Positions 28,443 through 42,500 of a DNA stretch of 64,000 nucleotides are shown one piece after another. The position numbers and the translations under genes are program-made. Source of the stretch: Mytilus trossulus (taxonomy: Eukaryota). Positions within the stretch are counted from its first letter, which is position 1. Every line of letters begins with the position of its first letter. The notes below the pieces were generated by a model. It was given only the letters and a program-made list of their open reading frames with translations, was not told where the DNA came from and did no database searches. Location: positions 55,118,001-55,182,000 of the forward strand of contig NC_086386.1 of the NCBI RefSeq assembly GCF_036588685.1, read 5' to 3'.

Positions 28443-29755
28443 GCTCGGAACATTTTTGCAAAAGAAATTATAAATGAGCGGCATTTTTAACCAAAAAAAT
28501 GCGTTTGTTTTTTGAAGTGCATTTTTGAAAAATGCTCGAGATATCGGAATATTTTTTCAGTGGAACTAGACGGGTTCTAGTTCCATGAACCGTGTTCATG
28601 GAACAGTTGGTGCTTTACAAAAAGACTTGGCTAAGCAATGTTGAGAGCTACGCAATTTTTAAAACAGCATATTTTGCCGACGCAACAAACAGTTCCTCGT
28701 AGCGAACTGTGAAAACACCTTAGTGTTAGAACTTACACGACACTCATATAGACATTCATTAATATAGAAGGAAGAATACGGGACAATTCTCCATTGGAGA
28801 ATATTAGTGCCAATATTTCAATGTGCCAAATGTTTTTCGTTGTATCGACTTTTTCTAGCTATGTTGTGTTTGTGTGGACTTGCTAAACAGAATCATAGAA
28901 ACTTAACTTTAGAATCACAAAAAAACAAAACGAATTTAATGTTTCCTGATTTTCAATATTGTTGACTTTTAAAAAATTATTTCGTAGTGATAATACGGAT
29001 ATATGTATGTTTGTTCGAACATTCATTCAAGCATTGTAAATTTGTTATTTAATGGATTTCTTTTTCATTTTGGTACATGTATGTTATCTCTTTTGTTCAT
29101 CGACAATTTTAGTTTTTGGAAAACAAATTAAAAAATGTTCCCACTTTTTTCATAAAGCTGGTTTTATTGTCAAATTAGAAAAAAAGAGAAACTAATCCAT
29201 ACCTTCTCTGGATATGATTTTTTTTTACCAAAAAATGCCCAACAAGTTTATGTTTTCTATTTGTTTACTTCATAACATTATGTTTTCTAAATTTTTTCAT
29301 TTTTTTTTTGTTAACATATCATATTTAATGTGTATTATTATCATGATTATGATTATATCTATTTATATATGAGATATTTTTATTATTTGGTTATCGTATT
29401 TTTTGTGATGAATAACTGTGATATGTTTGTTTACATTTTCATACAATTTTGATTTATCTAAATCAACCAAATTTACATTGCATTTTCATTTTCCGTTTAT
29501 TTGATAAGATCTTATGATGTACAAGTATATCAATGATAAAAAAAGAATTTTTAATTCTTGTAATTGAATAGTGTATGTGTCATTGCAATTTGGCAATGCT
29601 CTATTTGATTATGTTAAATATTGTATGCATAATTTAACTGTATAATTCTGGAAGAGAGGCATTAATATTATTTATTTATTGTTACAAATGTACGAATGAA
29701 GTTGAATATTAGATTATTACAGGAATGAAATAAATTAATTTGTTACTACATTGTT
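28443..29755 (+). promoter_or_regulatory. Putative ~1.3-kb 3' UTR with hairpins, miRNA seed matches, ARE and poly(A) signal
   Basis: Hairpin cluster 28453-28802; GTGCCAA at 28807 and 28823; CTGTGATA 29416-29423; TTATTTATTTATT 29668-29680; AATAAA 29729-29734. Confidence 0.5.
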
Positions 29756-31059
29756 CTTGAAAATTCTCATAATTTCTTACGATTTTCAATACCATAAAAT
29801 ACACGACGTATATTATACATGTAGCCATTGTATGGGTCACCGAACAATCTATGTCAATGAACAAATCACATATTACATAACTAGCTATGAAAAGACAATC
29901 CGACTTGACAAAACGTTACAAAATATAAAAAAAAAATCATATTTATTTCCCAAAGTCAAAAATTTGTCTTATAACAATTACCGATCGAGTGTGAAGAAAA
30001 TCATAATTAAACCTCACAAAACGAAGACTGCATTATATCTTATAACAATAAACTTGAGACAGTGCGGTTTTTTTTTACTGTCTTCCTGTTTCAGTCTTGT
30101 GTTTTGTTGACTGTTCTTCGTCTTTTGGTTGTTTTGTTTTTGCCATCGTCACTTTTTTTTTTTCTACTTACATGTATCCCTTTAAATATCCCTTTGTTAT
30201 AGTCTGTTTCTCTTTTGATCTACAATATATCAGAGAAAAATGAGATGTATAATAAATGCCAAGAAGACAGCAACCCAACAAAAAAGACATCTGGATTGAA
30301 ACCCTGTCTTTCCAATACAACACTCCTTCCTACATGTACCAATAGTTGTTTGACAAGAGTCCGTGCCTACATGTAGTTAGGATACGGATTATAATCTTTG
30401 TTCTCCAAATGACGACACCCGTTATCTGTGAGGGGTTATTTAGAATTACCTTTTATATTCTCTTGTTCATGAAAGTGTTGCTCAAGGTTTACATAAACTT
30501 CTTCAACATGGTTAATATGCATGACGTGTAACTCAACAAAATTGTTAAAAACACCAACAACAAAAAAACACTACAAGTGAAGTAGCCTAAACGTCGATAT
30601 ACGCCACTGAAAAACTAGATTGTATTTTAAAAGATACATTTGAAGTTTTTTTTTATCAGTGTGACTAAAGTGAAAAATGCAGCTTTAAATAATGCCATGA
30701 AATTTCGATTTATCCAATAAAACATCGTACAAGAGTATTAACAAACATCAATTTCCATAAAAAAAAATGAAATTCCACTTAACTACAATTTCTACTCTAG
30801 TGTCTACATTATAAAATATTCAAAGACTTATATTGATTGTTCATATCGCCTGTAACTAGATAAATTCACTCTATAGTAAAACTGATATATTATAATAATA
30901 AATTTAATCTTTCGTATTGGTGATAGAAGTGTTAAAAACCTTTCCTAAAACAATCCACGTTAGTTATTTTAAGTTTTTTTAAATGGACCAATAACGAAAA
31001 ATTTAAAAAGATTCCAAAGTGTTTAAAACAATGAATACAAGTGTATCAATTCAGATGGG

Positions 31060-32767
31060 CCAGAAATGTTTAATTAACAATCTTGACGTTCATATTCCTT
31101 ATTACATCATTTGCCATATTTTCAATTAGAGCCTGTAATCTATATCAGTAGACCAAAAACCAGCATTTTGAGGGCTTAATTAACATGCTATACTGTTGTC
31201 AGAAGTTGAAATTAAAATTTGCTGACACCTACTACATAAAGGGCCTGGATGAGGTAAACAAAGCTTGAAGGTCATGACAGTATGAGGTTTCAGATTTTCT
31301 GAATTTGAATTCATTTTATTCTATTTTTTTTCTATTTCTATTAGTAATAACTAATTAAAACAACCGTATTGCATTGAAAACATTATGAATAATTAACGGT
31401 CTTTTGGTCAAATAGGAAAAGGTTTGAAACAAAACCGGGTAAGCTAAAAAATCTTTATAAAAGGAGCGAAAGATTCAGAGCGACAGTCGAACACATTGAT
31501 CAAAAATAGCCAATACTAAACGAGAATTAGACAGACAAATATACGAACACAGGACACAACATTGATAACTAATACCAAGCAACACGAGCCCCATCAAAAG
31601 CTGGGGTGGTCTCATGTGCCCTAGAAGGGTAAGCAGATCCTGCTCTACATGTGGCACCCGTCGTGTGGCTCATGTTATAAAAAAACCAGTAAATAATCTA
31701 ATTCGGTATGTAACAATCATGAAAAGAAAACGGGATTGTCGATACGACATAAGTAACATATCCGATATCATCTGTGAAACGGATATTCCATAATGGTCAA
31801 CCAACTCGTGATGCCGTCTGTAAAATTTACGAAGGGATGATTTCAAATTCACCATGTGACACTCGTGGTGTAATAGTTAACGTGTGTAATATTTTTATCG
31901 AAACTGTATTTTACAATTTGAAAAAACAATCCTTCACATTGGATGTACTTAACAATCAGCACATATTCTGTTGATGTTTATTGTGAGAAGCAAAAGGGGG
32001 CACATGTGGTCCAGGACCCTCTTAAAGCAGCTACATATATAATTAATGCATAGTCATTTTGCATGTTCTACTCCTTCCGTAATTTTGTACGGCGGCCTCT
32101 TTATTTAACTTCTAGATCTGCATCAGATTTTATTTCTACGCCTAGTTTTATTGTTTTGTTGTCCTTTAAAGACGTCAAATAGTTAACATTGTGCCTCTAC
32201 ACAACTTTTTTAAGGATACATATTTCAACAAATATGACGGCATTCTCTGTTTCCAATTCAAGTCTTGATATTAGCAATTGATTTGATCGAGAGAAAGAAC
32301 AACAAGTGAATGCAATAACTAAATTAGAATTAAAACTAGGACATCTGAGACGTCATGCTGTCTTAATTTAGTTTAATATTCTTTGGACTTGTTTTAAAGC
32401 ACTTCAGCAACATTAACGTATAAAATTACTGGATATAAATACCCATTGTGGACATACATGTACCATTTGTTTATGTTGGATAATAGATAAAACAATATTG
32501 AAATCTGAACATGTGTCTTATATGTTTTAACAGTTGCTAGGAATATTTTGTTATTAAATTGTTATACCAGAAATGTTTAATTAACAATCTTGACGTTCAT
32601 ATTCCTTATTACATCATTTGCCATATTTTCAATTAGAGCCTGTAATCTATATCAGTAGACCAAAAACCAGCATTTTGAGGGCTTAATTAACATGCTATAC
32701 TGTTGTCAGAAGTTGAAATTAAAATTTGCTGACACCTACTACATAAAGGGCCTGGATGAGGTAAACA
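31060..32767 (+). repeat. Two identical 201-bp direct repeats (31060-31260, 32567-32767) flanking a 1.3-kb segment also present, diverged, at ~35360-36655
   Basis: Direct sequence comparison. Confidence 0.88.
31460..31853 (-). mobile_element. Penelope-like fragment
   Basis: MVNLKSSLRKFYRRHHELVDHYGISVSQM, homologous to 34090-34548. Confidence 0.65.
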
Positions 32768-33934
32768 GGAAAAAGAATAATGAGCAACAAATATAAAGAA
32801 TAGTGAAAAATGGACCAAAAAATAAAGCATTGGAAAAAAATGAGGTGTTATGATATAAAGAATAAAATATGATGAACGAAAAAGATACGTAATAAAATAA
32901 AATAGCATACAAATTAAAGAATACATAAATGATGGACCCTCCGTGCAGATCCTCACGGACGAAAGCATTACTAAATCAATAATAAAACAAAGTACACAAA
33001 ATGATGAGTACTCATAAAATGATTAGAAACCATCAAAATCGAGGTTGATCGAAATATATAACCTTCTTTTCTAAGTTAATACGCAGTTACTAAAAGATAG
33101 TTCAAAACCAATTTTAACTAAATGACTATAAAAAGATGACGTAAAGATGTCGTGAAGATGTTTCTCGCGCTCTTTGTATATTGTACCTCTTAATAGTTCC
33201 TGTTTATTGCAATGGGCTAACGTTAGAGGAGACACTTGCGTAATTAAAACACAATGTAAACAAACAACATTATATAGATGTTTCAAATATATAACGTGAA
33301 GTATGAGGATATCAGTCCAGTGTCTTTTAATTTCATAGTTCGACTAAAAAGCACCATAACACATTGGTTTTGTTGTAAAGGATGCACTGCATCAAACAGT
33401 TCATGATATCAGAAATAAGAAATTTTATATTAAAGAAAGAACGTTCGCTTAATCCGTCTGTACGATACTTCTCTCAAATTCTCAAATTTTATCAAGCCTA
33501 TACCCAAGTCAGAACAATACCAGAAACCCATATCACCTATAATGTCTAGTAAAGCCCAAATAAAGCTGTAAACGGCCCCGACATGCCAATATAAGACAAT
33601 TCAAAAGGCAAAGCTTACGTCCTGATTTATGTACGAAGCAATCAAGAATAGTTTATTTAAACCAACATCATTAATACACTATACAAAATACAACAGATTA
33701 AAAGCACTTTTGTCAAATTTGCAATAAACAATACAAATCGAACTCTTTACAAATCCATTAGCAAGGTCTTAACAACGACCGTGACTCGAAAGCTAATTGC
33801 TTCTTTGAATGGTTGATACGCGATTATGTTTGAATAACAAAAAAGATATGGATTGATCTGCTCAAACAACATAAACTTTATTGTATCAATGTTTCAGTTC
33901 TAAGGCAACTACAGTGAAGGTCTTAAATCTGTTT

Positions 33935-33980
33935 TGTAGACAAAACGCGCGTCTGGCGTACTAAATTATAATCCTGGTAC
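33935..33980 (+). repeat. Truncated 3' half of the hammerhead repeat
   Basis: GTAGACAAAACGCGCGTCTGGCGTACTAAATTATAATCCTGGTAC; the CUGAUGA half is missing. Confidence 0.7.
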
Positions 33981-34089
33981 TATACTACATGCGTTTTTGC
34001 TATTCGTACATGTTCGTTTTCAAAGCGTTTCATCTATATATATGTTGTTCATACAAATGTATAGATTGATATATGATATAATGTTTAGC

Positions 34090-34548
34090 AAGGTTGCTGC
34101 TCACAAGGAAGCTTTTAAACCAAGAGTTCCAAATGGTGAAGTTGAAATCATCCCTTCGTAAATTTTACGGACGCCATCACGAGTTGATTGACCGTTATGG
34201 AATTACCGTTTCTCAAATGACATCGGATATGTTCCTTACGTCGTAACTACAATTCCCTTCCCTTTCATGAATGTGACCTACCGAATTAGACTATTTACCG
34301 GATTTGTAATCGCATAAGCAACACGACGGGTGCCACATGTGGAGCAGGATATGCTTACCCTTCCGGAGCACCTGATATCACCCCAATTTATGGAGGGATT
34401 CGTGTTGTTTATTCTTTAGTTTTCTATGTTGTGTCATGTGTACTATTGTTTTCTGTTTTTCTTTTTTCATTTTTAGCCATGGCGTTGTCAGTTTGGTTTA
34501 GATATATATGAGTTTGACTGTCCCTTTGGTATCTTTCGTCCCTCTTTT
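34090..34548 (+). mobile_element. 5'-truncated Penelope-like retroelement fragment (RT C-terminus plus 3' region)
   Basis: Translates LLLTRKLLNQEFQMVKLKSSLRKFYGRHHELIDRYGITVSQMT; related copies at ~31460-31853 (-), ~35560-35943 (-), ~57490-57720 (+) and ~3125-3310 (degenerate); family assignment from recall. Confidence 0.65.
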
Positions 34549-35559
34549 AAGCTTGGAATCTTTGAAGACGTTTGGTTTTGATATATTTACTCAAATAAAA
34601 AATATTAGATGAGATTGACTTTCTTTATTTAATGATAAAAATTAAGAGATGTGGTATGATTGCCAATGATACATCTATCAACCAGAATTCAAATAAAGAG
34701 GGTGCTAGCTATTTTATGCAACCGGGCGGCCTTCTACAATGAGGAAAAAAAATTATATAGTTGGCAACAAAAGGCCCGACAAGTTTGACTCGTTGATGTT
34801 AGATTTCGAATATCGAATATGTTTTAGCAATAGAATTCCAATATCTTATATTGTTTGGTAGACAAACTATGAACTCAATGTCCTATATCACACCTTCAGT
34901 GGGCCAAATTGTATTAAGGACAACTAAGTGGGGATTAACATTTTAAATATAGGTACTGGTTGAAAAGAGTTTCAATATTTAGAACAAAGTATAAAGTCAA
35001 ATATTGAAATACTGTTGAGTAGGTCATTCCATTTAAAATGAATAACAACCAAACGGTTATTGCTTAGTATCAAACACGTGTATTTGATCTCTTATGGATT
35101 CTATATGGTTTTTTTTTAATATATATTCTATATTTTTTAAGGCCTAGTTCTCTATTTTTTCATATTTTTGACTATTATTCTCTATTTTTTATTTTTAAAT
35201 CAAATTTTTTCTTAATTCTTTATTTCTTTGCCTTTTTCTTTATTTTCGACAGTATTGGTCTCTTTTCTCTTGACCCTATCGATACCCCCATACTCTTTTT
35301 GTGACATCCTAAACATGGTTCTGAGGTTTGCATTATGACGTATCTCAGACAAAATAACCTTGAAGGTCTTGATAGTATGGGGTTTCAGATTTTCTGAATT
35401 TGAATTCATTTTATTCTAATTTTTTTTCTATTTCTATTAATGCTAACTTTTTGAAACAACCGTATTGTATTAAAAACATTATGAAAAACTAATGGTATTT
35501 TGATCAAATAGGAAAAGGTTTGAAACAAAAACGGATAAGCTAAAAAATCTGTATAAATG

Positions 35560-35943
35560 GGGTGAAAGATTCAGAGTGACAGTCGTACAGATTGATCGAA
35601 AATAGGCAATACTAAACGAGAAAAAGACAGACAGACACAGAACACAACATTGATAACTAAATACCAACAACACGAGCCCCATCAAAAGCTCAAAAAATCT
35701 CATGTGCCCCGGAAGAGTAAGCATATCCTGCTCTACATGTGGCACCCGTCGTGTTGCTCATGTTATCACAAAACCAGTAAATAATCTAATTCGGTAGGTC
35801 ACATTCGTAAAAAGGAAACGGGATTGTCGTCACAACATAAGGAACATGTCCGATATCACGTGTGAAACGAATATTCCATAATGGTCAACCAACTCGTGAT
35901 GCCGTCTGTAAAATTTACGAACGGATGATTTCAAGTTCACCAT
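35560..35943 (-). mobile_element. Penelope-like fragment, duplicate of the 31460-31853 insertion
   Basis: Same truncation point and homologous flanks as the 31.5-kb copy. Confidence 0.65.
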
Positions 35944-38900
35944 TTGAAACTGGTGGTGTGATAGCTAACGTGTGTAATATTTTCATAGAAACTGTATTTT
36001 ACGATTTGAAAAAAAAACCTTCACGTTGGATGTACTTAACAATCAGCAAATATTCTGTTGATGTTTATTTTGAGAAGCAAAAGGGGGGAACATATGTGGT
36101 TCAGGCCCCTCTTAAAGCAGCTACATATATAATTAATGCGATAGTAATTTTGCATGTTCTAATCCTTCCGTAATCTTGTACGGCGGCCTCTTTTTTTAAC
36201 TTCTAGATTTGTATCGGATTGTATTCCTACGCCTTGTTTTGTTGTTTGGTTGTCCATTTACGATGTCAAATAGTTAACATTTTGCCTCTACACAACTTTT
36301 AAAAGGATACATATTTTAACAAATATGACTACATTCTCTGTTTCCAATTCAAGTCTTAATGTTAGCAATTGACTTGATCAACAAACAGCACAACAAGTGA
36401 ATGCAATACCCAAATTAGAATTAAAACTAGAACAACTGTGACGTCATGCTGTCTTAATTTATTTAAACATATTCTTTGGACTCTTTTAAAGTATTTCAGT
36501 AACATTAAAGTATACAATTACTGAATATAAATCCATTATGTGGACATAACGTTTGTTTATGTTGGATAATAGATAAAACAAGATTGAAATCTGAATATGT
36601 GTCTTATATTTTTATGCAGTTGTTAGGAATATTTTGTTATTAAATTGTAATACCAAGAATCTAAAAGATTTTTTTTAAATTAAATATGATAATATTATAC
36701 ATCAAATGCTTATAATCAATGGTAATGTGTCCTTTTTTTATTTACATTTATATATGATATACGAAAATGATGTAATAAAACAGTTTTGACAAATAATGTA
36801 TTTTGGTATATTTGTCATTTGTGGTATCCAGCATTTCACGAGTAACTTCTATTCTCAGCATGGACACGGATATTTTGTATACATGTATGTTCATTGAAAA
36901 CTTTAAAATTCTCGGGAAATTGAGATATGAATTATTGTCGCTTTATTGAAAATTGTCAAAGTAAGTAGACCCTAGTTATTCAAGTCATACTATTAGAATA
37001 GTCTTAAATTTAAATCATATGCTGCAAGTAACATTCTCGCATTGGAAAATTAAAAAAATTGAAAGAGCAGTGTTTTTAACAAATGATCAAACAAGAAACT
37101 AGTATTTTTTTTTCCAATTTCCAACTTTGTTTCCCTTTTTTTTTTTATCTTATTTATGTACGATTTTCTAATTTCCTGAGCGTTGCGAGTTTCCTATTGT
37201 GACGTCATAAAAAGGCGACCATGTATGGTGACGTCAAATCACAACGTTTTACATCCTTTGAAAAGGATGGATACTAATCATTAGAGAAAAAAATATTTCA
37301 TTAATGTAACAAAAGTATTACGATATTTCTCCACATTTAAAATATAAATATTAAAAACAACACCTCGCGCTTTAAATAATATAGTTTAACTGTCTCTAGT
37401 GTAAAATTATCGTAACAAACTTGTTAGTTATGAAATCTATATTTTAAAAAATCAATCTGTTTAACATCTTTATCCCACGTCCCCACATCCTCACATTATT
37501 ACCCCCAATCACCACATCCGAAAGCGTGACATTTCTGTATCCTTTAGTTATTGCGTGAAAGCTCTCCTGCTTTCATTGTTTTTGGTGTTGAGGGTTCTAA
37601 AAGATGCGTACAATTATAAATTGAAGAGTTCTTAAGTTGATAAGTATAAAAAATATAGGGGGATGATGTTTAGTTTGATAATACTTTTCTTTGTGCTAGA
37701 CCATCATGAGTAGTAAATGACGTTTGCAACCCCCTCCGTTCAGATTATTCATTCATATATACAGCGTGTTTATATTAATATCAAATACCAATACAATACC
37801 GAAAGTTTAACATTTCTCATGCCAACTTTTATTTATAAATGTCAATCAATGCCCTTAAAATATATTCACACGACGTGTTCACATAGGTTAAATTCAAAAT
37901 ATAAACTAGCCAAATATGGAGATCATTAGCTACATAGACCGTATTGGTGAAGGATCGGTTTTTAAGAATTTCATTCAGGATAATCTAAATTAAAAGTGAA
38001 AGTTAAGTACTACGAGTTGTGATCCAGATTAAGTATATGGACAATGTAACATGTAGTACATATTGTATACTAAATAGCTCATTGGCGTAGTTGTAAATTT
38101 AAAAAAGTAAAATATGTGCCGGTAATGAAATGAAAGCAATAGGACTTGAAATCATTTAAGATTCATTGGAAATTAGAATGGCGTTCATTATCACTGAACT
38201 AGTATATATTTGTTGAGGGGCCAGCTGAAGGACGCCTCCGGGTGCGGGAATTTCTCGCTACATTGAAGACCTATAGGTGACTTTCTGCTGTTGTTTTTTT
38301 TATTTGGTCGGGTTGTTGTCTCTTTGACACATTCCCCATTTCCATTCTCAATTTTATTAAAGAAAGTTTCTAATGTATAAAATCCCAAAACATGATATTA
38401 AAATATAGGATGGTATTTTTGCTCTGTTAATCAGATTAGAAGTACTACTAAACTTTCAAGAACCAATGCGCCATAATATGAAGTTACAGGTTTAATCATG
38501 CTGATTTTTTTAGCAGCAATGAGGATAAGTTTTAAATGGCAATTAATTGGATTGAAGACAATAGACATGTAACTATGATTGATTGACATTGAAGAATTAA
38601 TATACAAAACAATGCGTCTATGATTGGTGAAATTATTCCTGGTACATCATATAGTGCAAATAAAAAAAAAGTGAAATTAGGACTTTGATAAACTGCGGTT
38701 CGACGGAAAAGTTCATTTGTAACGAAGGTATAAGACCTTGTATGTTTTCATTCTTTTAGAAAGTAAAAATGTTTTCCATTTGCTTTGCTGTTATAATTAA
38801 ACCAGATTAAAGCTGTCACAAACAAATATTCAACCTGCAAAAGCGGCCGTAAAGTAAGTAAAAATATTTTCAATACCTACTTCAATTTGTGAAGTAATTG

Positions 38901-39319
38901 TATAAACCTCATTCAAGAATGTCGCTTACACAACTGTCAAAAGCCAGAGATTTAAAATATACTTATTTAAAAGTACAAATATAAAAACGATTTCAAGTAT
39001 CCTGTAGTTAGATTGAATATACATATAATTATAACGAATAATGTTGATTACTAGTGTAACGGCTTTAAAGTGTCGACCTTAAAATCACCTGATATTTTCC
39101 CAGTTCTCGATTACATGTACTAGTTTTAAGTACGTTATATGTAAATATGTTAAAAAAAAATATTTCCTGGCGACTTATTGGAAGTCCTTTTATTAGTATA
39201 ACTCCTCATGTTTCTACAAATTTATAGATCCCCAATTTTCAAAAGTATGGGTTTGAGAAATCATGGTGCAGGCCTAGTGAATAAAAAAAAAGTGCTTCAT
39301 TCACGAGAGATATATATAA

Positions 39320-39557
39320 TTTGATTTCATGTGTTTTAATGCTACCTTTAAGCACCTTTTTTGGGGTTTTTCAGTTTTTTATTGGTGATGGATCGAATCT
39401 GAATGCAAATAAAACAAAACAGTCGTCGATAGGAAAACTGACAATCCTAGTCAATTAAGATTGGAGTCAAGTGCACCTGCACGAGCGGATTTCGAACTCA
39501 CCACATCAGTGTTGACTGGCTAGTAACTTCTTAGACTTTTCAGACATCCAGGCCCCT
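39320..39557 (-). mobile_element. Degenerate tRNA-derived SINE-like element
   Basis: B-box-like GAGTTCGAAATC on minus at ~39488-39499; similar decayed pieces at ~39700-39830 and ~63590-63620. Confidence 0.45.
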
Positions 39558-42500
39558 GCGAAAGGTATACAGAATGCAAATTGCAACTATATGAACTTCA
39601 CTGATTGTTCAAACTTCTTCCAAAGGTGTCATAAGACATCTATGAAGGATAGTTTTTACCGCACCAATCAACAACATTGGCTTCATTGTGGTAGTGTTAT
39701 TGGTGAGTGAAGCTGAAATGTGCGGAGAGAACCACTGAACACTAGCTAATCTTATAGTCAAAAAAAATCGGACTCGAACTTCGCAATCTCATTTTTGGTT
39801 TTATAGTAACTGCTGTCACAATCATTTACATGTCCCTGAAAACTCCTAATATATTACTTTTAGGCAAGTTCATACATGCATATACTTTTATTCAAAACTT
39901 AAAATAAAGTAATTGTGCATGATTATGAACTTCTTGAATGATAAGGTCCTTTGAGGATTTAGTCCTCTAAACATTTTATGTGGGTTTTTTTCAATCGTGC
40001 CCTCTCTCGAATTTTATTCAATAAGTAGTAGCACTTCAAAAACAATTTACAACACAAGAATTGAAATTCGTTGTATGATACTCAGCATATAGATAATTCA
40101 AAAGTCATGAAAGTAGTTACATACATAATGTTTATCAGCTTAAGCTCTTATCACCATTTCAAGTAGAGTTGGTACATGTAGTTCTTATCTATACTTGTTC
40201 AATTAAACTGAAAATCTAATTGGCCAATTGAATTAACACTTAATTGTCTTAAAACGCAATGTTATGTAATCTAAAACAGAGACCAAACTTTTACAACTGT
40301 AATGTAAGACCAATTGATGTTCTAGAAGGTAGTGTGATTGTGATGCGGAGTGCATTTTGCATCTGTTGCTACGGATGCTTATGCATGTTATTATTTTTGC
40401 GGTTTTTGTACACATTTGTTTCCTGCTTATTGTGCTGAAGAATATTCATTTACATCTTCTGCAAGGTTATTTATTGTAAGCACCAATCCCACACATCCTC
40501 TGCACCAAAAAGCAAATAGTCGTCTTCTGTATTGAGTACAAATAACCAAGAGAAACAATCCACATTAATATATTTGTTCTTATACATTTTTGTATAGTTT
40601 ACATAATGGGTCCTATAATGCGCGTATATTTTGTTCAAGAAACTAAATCGATTGTTTTTAAGTAAACCATTCTTATTAATATTAGGTGAAGCTATTTGAC
40701 TTTAACCTTTATTTTTATGCTCACGTTTATAATGAAATAAAACCATGAACACTGACATAACTTACATGAATGAAAACTATGCAATTTTTTTTTATTATAG
40801 ATTAAATATTATATTATAATCTTGCAAGGGACCAAATAAGCGTTTCCCACATAGTTTTTGTAGGGTTTAGTTTATAAGTAGACATAAGTCAATATAGGAT
40901 AAGTTTCATTGCTCTTCGGATATAATAAGGTCAGCTGGTTGTCAAATCAATGCCAATAGTATCGCTCACTCTTCCAGAACACGTGATATCACATCTGAAT
41001 TTTGGTAGGCTTTTTGTTGCTCATTCCATTCAAGTATATCATGCCAAGTCTTTGGTTTTCAAAGTAAAGTGAATTACCGTTGTTTGTCCTTTGTTCTTGT
41101 GTTAGGGGCCTCGGTGTATTCCCAGTGTGAGTGGCTTTCCTCTTAGTCCTTTAAAAAGACGTTGACTTATTTATTTCACTTAGTTCTATTTGTTCCAGTT
41201 TCACTAAAAGAAAGTTATCCATATAAATTAAGGCAACAGTAGTATATCGCTGTTTAAAATTCTTCAATGGCATTTTAAAAATTAAAAAAAACTTCATATT
41301 TTCATGTTCAAAATGACATATGGAATATTTATATAAGAGTATTTTTTTTTAATACACAATTGATATTAAAGATATCAATACAATTAAAAATGGCTTGACA
41401 GACAGTTATTGAAAATTCGTGGAAAAGCTGTACGGTGACCTATAGTGTGTAAGGTCTGTGTAATTTGTCTCATTGGCAATCATACCACATCTTCTTTTTT
41501 CAATTCTTACAAAACAAAGAAGATATGTATAATTGCCAATGAGGCAACTCTCCACAAGAGACCAACAGATACAGAAGTTCACAACTGTAGGTCACAATAG
41601 GGCCTTTAATAATGAGAAAAGCTCATACTCAACTATAATAGGCCCCGACATGCCTTATGTAAAACAATTCAAACGAGGTATGTGGACTTAAAAACACTTA
41701 ACATTCTCAAAAAGATAAATCACTACAATTGCAAATGATTTGCATACAAAACGAACATGCATTTTTTCTCGGAACTTTAAACATGTAAAGTACAGACAAT
41801 TTACTAAACTAGCATTATATTTACTTTAGTATTGAATCGACCCTACTGTAGTAGATGTACATGTATATATGAATGAAACAATTCTAGATTAAGAACTTGC
41901 CATATTAAATATACCTTGTTAATTGCAATTCAATATAAATGACTTTGTTTTCCTTGCCAAATTTAATTAATAATAATTACAGGTATAACATTAGTCTTTC
42001 AAGAGATCATACCCTTGAACTTAAGTATATACTAGATGATATAAAGATATACATATAAACAGACAGACAGATTTAAAACCTCAGATAAGTCTGTTGTTGA
42101 TATATATTTTGATGTTTAAAACAGTAATATTTGCGTCGTCTTAAGATGTTTCATGAAAAATGACGAATTTTTACTTTGTTGTCTAATCATTTACTGTTAA
42201 AGAATGATATGAAGAAAAAAAATATGTGATTAAAAAGAAACAAAAGCCTGGTCCAATCGGAAAAATATAAAATAAAAACATAATGGTAAAAGGGGCACTC
42301 GTTTGAACTCGGCTGATTCATGGAAGAAGAAATCTCTTAAGATAGCAAATTGCTGGAGTTGGTCGAGATTTTGAAATTATATAACCATAATATACCATAA
42401 TGAAAAACCGTGTCGTTTCAGAAAAAAAAACCGGGTCACTCATGTAATATTTGTTGCTGGACGATAAACACTAACTCATCAATCCGTTAATAAAAATAGA

